Shown here piece after piece: positions 21,330-29,675 of a DNA stretch of 64,000 nucleotides; the stretch's first letter is position 1; the number at the start of each line of letters is the position of its first letter. Source of the DNA: Alphaproteobacteria bacterium (lineage in GTDB: Bacteria > Pseudomonadota > Alphaproteobacteria > Micropepsales > Micropepsaceae); NCBI GenBank assembly GCA_015654705.1, contig JAATGL010000190.1:3496-67495 (forward strand). Reading direction: 5' to 3'. A program made the translations under genes and the position numbers. The notes under the pieces were generated by a model. That model was not told where the DNA came from. It did no database searches and saw only the letters and a list, made by a program, of their open reading frames with translations.

Positions 21330-21492
21330 GCGCGAGGCAGGTCTCCTGGCTCCCGGGTCTGCGTATTCGCCCGCCTTCCCAAGGCTTCGCCTCAGTGGCA
21401 GTTGGACGAACACTCGCCGGTTACAGTTGCGGGGGCAGCCGCGGTATCGAACCGCGTTCCCTTTCAAATCCCTTGCGGGAACCTTGCGCGTG
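21330..21492 (-). ncRNA. Cobalamin riboswitch
   Basis: Minus strand has AAAGGGAA, GCTGCCCCCGCAACTGTAA, GCCACTG, GGGAAGGC and B12 box GAGCCAGGAGACCTGCC in canonical order. Confidence 0.95.
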
Positions 21493-21497
21493 GCCGG

Positions 21498-21525
21498 ACC
21501 ATACCGGATATGAGGCCGGGGTCAA
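21498..21525 (-). promoter_or_regulatory. Candidate sigma70 promoter of btu operon
   Basis: TTGACC-N16-TATGGT immediately 5' of the aptamer. Confidence 0.55.
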
Positions 21526-21552
21526 TCGGATGGCCGGGTGGGCCCACCGCCG

Positions 21553-22839
21553 CTACAGCAGGATGCGGCGGAAGTCGCTCATCAGGCCGCACAGATGATT
21601 GAGAAAGCGCCCCGCCGCCGCGCCGTCGAGCACGCGGTGGTCCCAGGACAGGCTCAAGGGAAGACTGAGCCGCGGTTGAAATTGCGCCCCGTCCCATAGC
21701 GGTTTCGTCCGCGCCCGCGCCGCGCCCAGGATCGCGACTTCCGGCGCGTTGATGATCGGCGTGAAGCCGGTGCCGCCGATGCCGCCCAGGGACGAGATCG
21801 AAAAGCAGCCGCCCTGCATGTCGGTTGGCTTCAGCTTGCCCTGCCGGGCCTGTTCGGCCAGCACCGCCATTTCGCGCGCGATGTCGCGGATGCCTTTCCG
21901 GTTGGCGTCGCGGATCACCGGCACCACCAGACCGTTGGGCGTATCGGCGGCGAAGCCCAGATGATAGTAGCGCTTGAGGATCAGGTCCTCGCCGTCCAGC
22001 GAGGCGTTGAACTCGGGAAAGGCCTTCAACGAAACGGTGGCCGCCTTGAGCAGGAAGGCGAGCATGGTGACCTTGGCGTCGCCTTGCGCGCCTTCGCGAT
22101 TGATCTTCAGGCGAAACGCCTCCAGATCGGTAACGTCCGCTTCGTCGAAATTCGTCACATGCGGAATCGTCACCCAGTTGCGGGCGAGGTTGGGGCCGGA
22201 AATCCTGCGCAATCGCGAGAGCGGCACGCGTTCGATCGCGCCGAATTTGGCGAAATCCACCTGCGGCCAGGGCGGCAGGTTCGGGCCGACCGCTCCAGTA
22301 CCCTCGCTCGCCGTCGCGCTTCTGCTCTTGACGAACCCAAGCAAGTCCTCGCGCAGAATGCGGCCTTTCGGACCGCTGCCGTTCACAAGACCGATCTCGA
22401 TCCCGAGTTCGCGCGCGAACTGCCGAACCGACGGGCTGGCATGAGCCGGCGCGCTTTCTCCTTCAAGCGAGAGCGCAGGCAAATTGGGGGGCGGGACGGC
22501 CTCGGCGGCGGAGCCTGCCGAGGCAGCGATCGCCGGAGGCGGTTCCTCTATCAATTGATCGCCGGGCACAGGCAGCGCTTGCGACGGCTGCTCCGTCGCG
22601 GCGGCTTCGATCCGGGCGATACGCGTGCCTTCGCTGACGGTCCCGCCGACGGCGACCAGGAGTTCGACCACTGTGCCCGCGAAAGGCGCCGGCACCTCCA
22701 AGGTGGCCTTCTCGCTTTCCAGGGTGAGCAGCGGCGTATCGGCCGCCACGCTGTCCCCAGGTTTCACCAGAATCTCGATGACGGGAATGTTCTTGAAATC
22801 CCCGATATCGGGAACCGTCACGTCCTTGATCGTGCTCAT
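21553..22839 (-). CDS. aceF: Dihydrolipoamide acyltransferase E2, one lipoyl domain
   Basis: LESEKAT lipoyl Lys, HASPSVRQFARELG, GGTGFTPIINAPEVAILG, SWDHRVLDG. Confidence 0.93.
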   Translation of the reverse strand: MSTIKDVTVPDIGDFKNIPVIEILVKPGDSVAADTPLLTLESEKATLEVPAPFAGTVVELLVAVGGTVSEGTRIARIEAAATEQPSQALPVPGDQLIEEPPPAIAASAGSAAEAVPPPNLPALSLEGESAPAHASPSVRQFARELGIEIGLVNGSGPKGRILREDLLGFVKSRSATASEGTGAVGPNLPPWPQVDFAKFGAIERVPLSRLRRISGPNLARNWVTIPHVTNFDEADVTDLEAFRLKINREGAQGDAKVTMLAFLLKAATVSLKAFPEFNASLDGEDLILKRYYHLGFAADTPNGLVVPVIRDANRKGIRDIAREMAVLAEQARQGKLKPTDMQGGCFSISSLGGIGGTGFTPIINAPEVAILGAARARTKPLWDGAQFQPRLSLPLSLSWDHRVLDGAAAGRFLNHLCGLMSDFRRILL

Positions 22840-22880
22840 CGTGAATGTCCGTCCGCCGGATTGGCGTTTGGTTCAATATG

Positions 22881-25586
22881 TCATACCGACCAGGGCGTCG
22901 GCGCCTCGGCCTCGATCGCATATTTTCGTATCGCAGCGGCGGGGATGTCCGCGCCGATCGTCTTTTCCCGGGCCAGAACCTGCAACGCAGCCAGCACGAT
23001 CTGGTGGCGGTCCACCTCGAAGAAGCGCCTGAGAGCGCCGCGCCGGTCGCTGCGCCCGAACCCGTCCGTGCCGAGCGTCACAAATCGTCCCTCGACATAG
23101 GAGGCGATCAATTGGGGATAGGCGCGCACATAATCGGTGGCCGCCACGATCGGCCTGTCGCCGGAAAGCGCGGTTTCCACATGGCTGCGACGGGGAGAGG
23201 ACTCGGGATGCAGGCGGTTCCAGCGTTCGACCTCGCGGGCCTCGCGCGTCAGTTCGCTGAAGCTCGTCACGCTCCATATTTCGCTGGCGATTTTCCAGTC
23301 CTGGTCCAGCAGATCCGCAGCGGCGACGACTTCGGGCAGTATCGCGCCGGAGCCCAACAGGCGCACGGCGGCGTCCTCGCCTGTCGCGTTGGCAGCCTTG
23401 CGATCCGCAAGGCGGTACATCCCCCTGATGATGTCTTCGGCGGCGCCTTCGGGAAGCGAAGGCTGGCCATAATTCTCGTTCATTAGGGTGACGTAGTAGA
23501 AGACGTCGTCCTGTTGCTCCACCATCTGCCGCATGCCGTGATCCATGATGACCGCGAGTTCGCAGGCGAAAGCGGGATCATAGGCGCGGCAATTCGGAAC
23601 CGTCGCGGCAACCACATGGCTGCTGCCGTCCTGATGCTGCAATCCTTCGCCGCTCAGGGTCGTGCGCCCGGCCGTGGCGCCGAACAGAAATCCCCGCGCG
23701 CGCTGATCGGCCGCCGCCCAGATCAGGTCGCCCACGCGCTGGAAGCCGAACATCGAATAATAGATGTAGAATGGCAGCAGCGCGACGCCGTGCACGCTGT
23801 AGGCGGTTGCCGCCGCCGCCCAGGACGAGATGGCGCCGGCCTCCGTGATGCCTTCCTCGAGGATCTGGCCGTCCTTCGCTTCCTTGTAGTAGAGCATCGA
23901 ACCCGCGTCTTCCGGCTCGTAGAGCTGGCCCACCGAGGAATAGATGCCGACCTGACGGAAGAGGTTGGCCATGCCGAAGGTGCGCGCTTCGTCCGCCACG
24001 ATCGGCACGATGCGCGGGCCCAGAACCTTGTCCTTCAACAGCGCCGAGAACATGCGCACCGCTGCCATGGTGGTGGACATCTCCTTGCCCTCGGCCTGGA
24101 GCGCGAATTGCGCGTAGCTCGCAAGGGCGGGCACGGCGACGGGCGGCGCTTCGCGGCGGCGGACGGGGAGAGGACCGCCGAGCGCCTCGCGGCGCGCGCG
24201 CAGATAGGCCATTTCCGGGCTGGCTTCGTCCGGGCGATAGAACGTCAGATGCGCCAGATCGTCGTCATCCAGCGGCAGGTGGAAGCGGTCGCGGAAGGAT
24301 TTGAGGCCGTCGAACTCCAGCTTCTTGGTCTGGTGTGCGGTCATGCGCGACTCGCCGGCGCCGCCCATGCCGTAGCCCTTCTTGGTCTTGGCCAGGATGA
24401 CGGTCGGCGCGCCGCGATGGTCGCGCGCGGCGGCGAAGGCCGCGTAGAGCTTGCGCAGATCGTGCCCGCCGCGCTTCAGCGCATCGACCTCCGCATCCGT
24501 CATATGCGCGGCGAGCCGGCGCAGCTCCGGATCCTCGTTGAAGAAATTCGCCAGATTGTAAGCGCCGTCCTTGGCGCCCAGCGTCTGGTATTTCCCGTCG
24601 ACGGTGGACGCGAAGCGCCGCAGCAGGGCGTGGTTCGCATCGCGCGCGAACAGCAGATCCCACTCCGATCCCCAGAGAACCTTGATGACGTTCCAGCCGG
24701 CGCCGGCGAAAAGCGATTCGAGTTCCGGGATGATCTGGCCGTTGCCGCGAACCGGCCCGTCCAGGCGCTGCAGGTTGCAGTTGACGATGAAGGTGAGATT
24801 GTCGAGCGTTTCGCGCGCCGCCAGCGTCAGCGCGGCGACCGATTCCGGCTCATCCATTTCGCCGTCGCCGAAGACGCCCCAGACCCGGCGCTTGTCCGTC
24901 GCGGCCAGACCGCGATCCTGCAGATAGCGCAGGAACCGCGCCTGATAGATCGCGCTGATCGGACCTATTCCCATCGAGCCGGTGGGAAACTGCCAGAAAT
25001 CCGGCATCAGCCAGGGATGCGGATAGGAGCACAGGCCGTTGCCGCCGGTTTCCTGACGATAATTGGCCAGCGCCTCCTCGCTTAACCGTCCTTCGAGGAA
25101 GGCGCGCGCATAGACGCCGGGCGCCGAGTGCGGCTGAAAATAGACCAGATCAGCGCCCTGCTCCGCCTTCGGGCCGCGAAAGAAATGGTTGAAGCCGAGC
25201 TCGAAAATCTCCGCCGCGGACGCATAGCTCGCGATATGGCCGCCCAATTCGCCATAGGCCTTGTTGGCTCGCGCCACCATCGCGAGCGCATTCCACCGCA
25301 TGATGGCGGTCAGGCGTTCCTCGATCGCAAGATCGCCGGGATAGCCGCCCTGGCGATCCAGCGGAATCGTATTGCGGTAGGCGGAAAAGGGATGGGAAGA
25401 GGCGCCGACGCCGAGATTGCGCGCCTCGTCCTCAAGCTGTTGCAGGAGGAAGCGGCCCCGCTCTTCGCCGGCCGCCCGCACCACGCCCTTGAACGCCTCC
25501 AGCCATTCACGGGTTTCCGCAGGATCGCCGTCCTGAACGGCACTCGATTCGACTGGCAGGGAAAGGGAAGCGCTCATGGACGTCAT
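22881..25586 (-). CDS. Homodimeric 2-oxoacid dehydrogenase E1 (AceE/MdeB type)
   Basis: GGHIASYAS, FWQFPTGSMG, ThDP motif GDGEMDEPES...NCNLQRLDGP, YSMFGFQR, GEGLQHQDG, GTDGFGRSD. Confidence 0.93.
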   Translation of the reverse strand: MTSMSASLSLPVESSAVQDGDPAETREWLEAFKGVVRAAGEERGRFLLQQLEDEARNLGVGASSHPFSAYRNTIPLDRQGGYPGDLAIEERLTAIMRWNALAMVARANKAYGELGGHIASYASAAEIFELGFNHFFRGPKAEQGADLVYFQPHSAPGVYARAFLEGRLSEEALANYRQETGGNGLCSYPHPWLMPDFWQFPTGSMGIGPISAIYQARFLRYLQDRGLAATDKRRVWGVFGDGEMDEPESVAALTLAARETLDNLTFIVNCNLQRLDGPVRGNGQIIPELESLFAGAGWNVIKVLWGSEWDLLFARDANHALLRRFASTVDGKYQTLGAKDGAYNLANFFNEDPELRRLAAHMTDAEVDALKRGGHDLRKLYAAFAAARDHRGAPTVILAKTKKGYGMGGAGESRMTAHQTKKLEFDGLKSFRDRFHLPLDDDDLAHLTFYRPDEASPEMAYLRARREALGGPLPVRRREAPPVAVPALASYAQFALQAEGKEMSTTMAAVRMFSALLKDKVLGPRIVPIVADEARTFGMANLFRQVGIYSSVGQLYEPEDAGSMLYYKEAKDGQILEEGITEAGAISSWAAAATAYSVHGVALLPFYIYYSMFGFQRVGDLIWAAADQRARGFLFGATAGRTTLSGEGLQHQDGSSHVVAATVPNCRAYDPAFACELAVIMDHGMRQMVEQQDDVFYYVTLMNENYGQPSLPEGAAEDIIRGMYRLADRKAANATGEDAAVRLLGSGAILPEVVAAADLLDQDWKIASEIWSVTSFSELTREAREVERWNRLHPESSPRRSHVETALSGDRPIVAATDYVRAYPQLIASYVEGRFVTLGTDGFGRSDRRGALRRFFEVDRHQIVLAALQVLAREKTIGADIPAAAIRKYAIEAEAPTPWSV

Positions 25587-25675
25587 ATCGACGGGACATC
25601 GCCACTTGTAAAGCGGAACCTGCCCGCAATCCGGGAACCGTCCTTGTTCCGGGCGATCCGTACAAGCCGCTGAAT

Positions 25676-25708
25676 AAAAAAGCCGGGAGGAACGTCCTCC
25701 CGGCTTTT
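25676..25708. terminator. Intrinsic terminator, bidirectional form
   Basis: AAAAAAGCCGGGAGGA-ACG-TCCTCCCGGCTTTT just after the stop of the 25732 gene. Confidence 0.85.
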
Positions 25709-25731
25709 CACTTTGTCGTTGCGTGAAACGC

Positions 25732-26955
25732 TTACGGCTTGATTTCCCAGACCGTGCCGGGGAAAAAGCCGCTCTGGCCCGCGACGCCATAGCTGGTGCC
25801 GTAGAGGAAGCCCTTCTTGTCGATCAGGACATTGGAATACGGATATTGGCCCGCAGTGCCGCCCTGGAAGGTGTAGAGCACTTTCGCTTTCCACAGCTTG
25901 CCGGCCTTCGGCGTCAGCTTGAAGACTTCTCCCAGCGAACTGGCGCCGTCGGCATAGGTGGTCCCGTACAGGGCGCCGCTGTTGTCCATCGAGACCGTCT
26001 GCCAGGGGCCGTTTCCGGTGAAGCCCTGACCGCCGGTGATCGTGTAGATCACGCCATAATCGCTGCCGTCCGTGTTGATCTTGAACACGTTGCCGTAGCT
26101 GTTGTCGAAGCCGGCCGTGGTGCCGTACAGCGTGCCTTCGCTGTCCTGGATCAGGCCGTCACGCGGCACTTCGCCGTCGCCGCCGCCCTGGAAGGCATGC
26201 AGGACGGAAAAGTCCCAGTTTCCGCCATCCGGCGTCAGGCGATAGACCGTGCCGTAATTGGATTGGCCATAGCCCGCCGTCGTGCCGTAAAGATTTCCGT
26301 CGGCGCCCAGAAGGACATTGCCCATCGGCTCGCCGCCGTCATTGTTGCCGGTGAAATTGTAGAGAACCTTCTCGGTCCAGGCCTGATGTTTGACGGCCGG
26401 CGGCGAAAGTTCGAACACCGTGCCGACGACGCCGGTGCCGCCGCTGGTGGTCGTGCCGTAGAGATTGCCGGCACTGTCCTCGATCAGCGCACCGGAAGGC
26501 GCGCCGCCGTCATTGTTGCCGGTGAAGCTCCACAGCAGATGGTATTTCCAGGCGCCTTTGTATTTGGTGAGTTCAAACGCCACGCCTTCGCCGCTGGCGC
26601 CGCCAGAATAGGTCGTCCCAAAAAGATGGCCGGCGCCGTCCTTCAGCAGTGCAGCCTGCGGATTGCCGCCGTCATTGCCGCCGGTGAACGCATAAAGCGT
26701 CGTCTGAGTCCACGCCGTCTGGCCCTTCGACGGCCGGCTCAGCTTGTAGACCACGCCGCTGTGCGAGGTTCCGCCCGACGTGGTGACGCCATAGAGATCG
26801 CCTTTGCTGTCCGCGATCACACCGCCATGGGGGAAGCTGCCATCGGCGCTTCCGGTGAAGGAGTAGAGAGAGGCTTCCTTGACGGCCGCTTCGCTCGAAC
26901 CCGCCGCGCACAGGAGCGTGGCTGCCGTCAGGGTCAATACAACATTTGAACGCAT
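25732..26955 (-). CDS. Secreted tandem-repeat (Gloeo_Verruco/GloVer-like) predicted 7-bladed beta-propeller
   Basis: Signal peptide then seven LYxF.G..DG..P...L..D..G.LYGTT..GG...G.VFKL repeats; exact 25-bp DNA repeat at 26331-26355 and 26502-26526. Confidence 0.85.
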   Translation of the reverse strand: MRSNVVLTLTAATLLCAAGSSEAAVKEASLYSFTGSADGSFPHGGVIADSKGDLYGVTTSGGTSHSGVVYKLSRPSKGQTAWTQTTLYAFTGGNDGGNPQAALLKDGAGHLFGTTYSGGASGEGVAFELTKYKGAWKYHLLWSFTGNNDGGAPSGALIEDSAGNLYGTTTSGGTGVVGTVFELSPPAVKHQAWTEKVLYNFTGNNDGGEPMGNVLLGADGNLYGTTAGYGQSNYGTVYRLTPDGGNWDFSVLHAFQGGGDGEVPRDGLIQDSEGTLYGTTAGFDNSYGNVFKINTDGSDYGVIYTITGGQGFTGNGPWQTVSMDNSGALYGTTYADGASSLGEVFKLTPKAGKLWKAKVLYTFQGGTAGQYPYSNVLIDKKGFLYGTSYGVAGQSGFFPGTVWEIKP

Positions 26956-27110
26956 TGTCGTTTTGTTCCTTTGATGAGTTTTGTGGCCAGCCTCGTCTCT
27001 CCGACAGGGTGAGACGAGACCGCGCACGATCGCCCATGATCTTGACGGAATGTGACGGTCATGTCCTGATTCAGATTCTGAAATTTTCCTTGCCGCATCT
27101 GAGGTTAGCG

Positions 27111-29630
27111 ATGGGCGATAGGGGCCCCTATCTCTTTGGCAGGTTCACGCTGGATCCGGCGAGCCGGCAGCTGAGTTCCGACGGGACGCCGGTGCCCCTG
27201 GGATCCACGGATTTCCGCCTTCTGGTGGCACTTCTGGAACGTGCCGGCACGGTTGCGACCAAGGAGGAGCTGATGTCCCGCGTCTGGGGCAGCTTGAATG
27301 TGGGCGACAACACGCTTCATGTTCACATTACCGCGCTCCGAAAAGCCCTCGGCGACGGCTTCATCACGACCAAGCAGGGACGCGGCTACAGGTTCGTGGA
27401 GCACGTCAGCCAGGTCGAACCGCATTCCCCCCACCAGCAGATGGGCAATCTGCCCAATTATTTGGCAAACAACGCGCAACTGGGGCAGTCGCGCCTGATC
27501 GGAAGAGACAATCAGCTTCGCGCCCTGTCGGACATCCTCTCCCGCAACGCGCTCGTCACCCTTGTCGGGCCTGGCGGCGTGGGAAAGACGCGGCTCGCCC
27601 TGCAGGTCGCCGGCGAGAACATAGCGGAGTTCAAGGACGGCGCATGGCTTGTGGAACTGGCCGCGCTCACCGACGGAGCCCTCACCGCCGGCACGGTCGC
27701 CACGGTTCTCGGCATCAAGATCGGTGAGAGCGCCGCGCCGTTCGACACCTTGGCGCGCCAGCTCGCCCGCAAAAACCTGCTTCTGGTGCTCGATAATTGC
27801 GAGCACGTCATCGCCTCCTGCGCGCAATTGTGCGAAGCGCTTCTGCGCGCGGCCCCGCAGGTCAAGATCCTCGCGACGAGCCGCGAAGCCCTGTCCTGTC
27901 TTGGCGAGCAGGTGTTCGAAGTGCCGCCCTTGGCGCTTCCCGGCGAAGATGTCCGTCTTTTGCCGGCGATCCGCGAGGTGGCCGCGGTCGAACTGTTCGT
28001 GGAACGCGCCAGGGGACTGAACCCCGAATTTCAGCTGAGCGATGCGGATGTCGCGATCGCCGCCAGGCTCTGCCGCCGCGTCGATGGCCTGCCGCTCGCC
28101 ATAGAAATGGTTGCGAGCTGGGCCGGCATGCTCGGTCTGGAGGCGCTGGAAGCAAAGCTCGACGGGTCGGCGAAGGCCTGGCCGAGCGCCCGGCGAACGG
28201 CGCCGCCGCGCCATTCGACCTTGCAGGCGACCCTGGAGTGGAGCCACGACCTGCTGTCTACGGCCGAACAGAAGGTTTTGCGCCGGCTTGCCGTTTTCGC
28301 CGGCGCTTTTTCCATGGCGGCGGCCGAGTCCGTCGTCGCGGACGGCGACATCGCGAAAGAGGACGTGCTCAGGCTGTTCGCGCGCCTGATCAACAAATCC
28401 ATGATCGCCGTCGTGCCCGGACCGCGCGAGCACCATTATCGCCTGCTGGAAACGACGCGCGTCTTCATGTTCGAGAAGCTGGAGGCCTCGCCCGACGCCC
28501 AATCGACGCGGCAGCGGCACGCCGATTATGTGCTTCATACGCTGCGTCAAGCTATGATCGAATGGGAAACCACCAGCGATGTCGTCTTTCTGGCGCGCTA
28601 CGCTCCGATACTCGACGACCTGCGCAGCGCGCTCCAATGGGCGTTGAAGCAGGACACGGATGACGTGATCGCGCTGGCGGGAAGCTCATGGCCGCTTTGG
28701 CGGGAACTGCCCGTGCGCGCGGAAGGCCGGCGCTGGCTCAGCGCGGCGGAGACGCGCCTTCGGCCCGGGACGCCGGCAGCCCTGGAGGCGCAATTGCGGC
28801 GGGGAATGGGCGAGCTGTATTTCAACACCGCGGCTGTGAAGGCCGCACAGCAGGAGTTTGAGCGCGCCGTGGCGCTTTTCAGGTCGCTCGACGACACAGC
28901 CCAACTCGGCAGCGCGATCGCGGCTTTCGGATATGCGTCGCTGATGCTCGGAAATATCGAGGATGCGCAATCATCGATCGCCGAAGCCTTGCAACTGGTG
29001 GAGCGCACCAAACGTCCCAGGGCGCTGGCCGCAGCCTACTCGGTGAAGTTCTGCGTGGAGGCCCGTTTGCGCCTGCCGAGCGTGCGCGAAACGGGGAGCG
29101 AGGCGGTGCGGTTGTGCGAGGTGGTGGGCGCCGACCGGGCCGCCTTCGTGGTTTCGGCCAATCTGGTGGAAGCCATTCTCGAACTGGGCGACACGGATGC
29201 CGCGATTTTCAGCGGACAGGAATTGATTTCGCGCCTGCGCGACACCTATCAGACCGACATCCTCGGCTATGTTCTGGGCATCGTCGCCGCCGGATTGACG
29301 CTTCGGGACGATCTGACCGAGGCCCTGTCGGCGGCGAGAGAGGCGGTGCCCCTGTTGCGCGACGAGGGCATGCTGTTCTGGCTTTTCGATCACCTGGCGC
29401 TGCGCTCGGGTCTTGCCGGCCGCGCCAGGGACGCCGCCCTGATCGCGGGCTATGCGGACACCGTGTTTCGCGAATTCAGCCGCCCCCGCGAACCGATCGG
29501 ACAGGAGGCGTCCAATCGTCTGGCCACGCTCCTGAAGGCGGAGTTATCCGATCAGGAAATCGAACAGTTCGGCCGGATGGGCGCCCAGCTTTCCGAGAGC
29601 CAGGTCATCGCCCTGGCCCTGAGCGATTGA
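27111..29630 (+). CDS. Winged-helix + NB-ARC (STAND) ATPase + helical-repeat transcriptional regulator
   Basis: OmpR-type wHTH (FGRFTLDP, LHVHITALRKALG, GRGYRF), LIGR, Walker A GPGGVGKT, LLVLDNCEH, ATSRE, DGLPLAIE, YRLLET. Confidence 0.9.
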   Translation: MGDRGPYLFGRFTLDPASRQLSSDGTPVPLGSTDFRLLVALLERAGTVATKEELMSRVWGSLNVGDNTLHVHITALRKALGDGFITTKQGRGYRFVEHVSQVEPHSPHQQMGNLPNYLANNAQLGQSRLIGRDNQLRALSDILSRNALVTLVGPGGVGKTRLALQVAGENIAEFKDGAWLVELAALTDGALTAGTVATVLGIKIGESAAPFDTLARQLARKNLLLVLDNCEHVIASCAQLCEALLRAAPQVKILATSREALSCLGEQVFEVPPLALPGEDVRLLPAIREVAAVELFVERARGLNPEFQLSDADVAIAARLCRRVDGLPLAIEMVASWAGMLGLEALEAKLDGSAKAWPSARRTAPPRHSTLQATLEWSHDLLSTAEQKVLRRLAVFAGAFSMAAAESVVADGDIAKEDVLRLFARLINKSMIAVVPGPREHHYRLLETTRVFMFEKLEASPDAQSTRQRHADYVLHTLRQAMIEWETTSDVVFLARYAPILDDLRSALQWALKQDTDDVIALAGSSWPLWRELPVRAEGRRWLSAAETRLRPGTPAALEAQLRRGMGELYFNTAAVKAAQQEFERAVALFRSLDDTAQLGSAIAAFGYASLMLGNIEDAQSSIAEALQLVERTKRPRALAAAYSVKFCVEARLRLPSVRETGSEAVRLCEVVGADRAAFVVSANLVEAILELGDTDAAIFSGQELISRLRDTYQTDILGYVLGIVAAGLTLRDDLTEALSAAREAVPLLRDEGMLFWLFDHLALRSGLAGRARDAALIAGYADTVFREFSRPREPIGQEASNRLATLLKAELSDQEIEQFGRMGAQLSESQVIALALSD

Positions 29631-29675
29631 GCATCGGCAAAAGCCTTGACGGCGCGCTCGGAAAACCGAGGCACG

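Noticed and set aside
26331-26690. 25-bp repeats as CRISPR or mobile repeats
   Set aside because: In-frame coding repeats of the propeller (FTGNNDGG).
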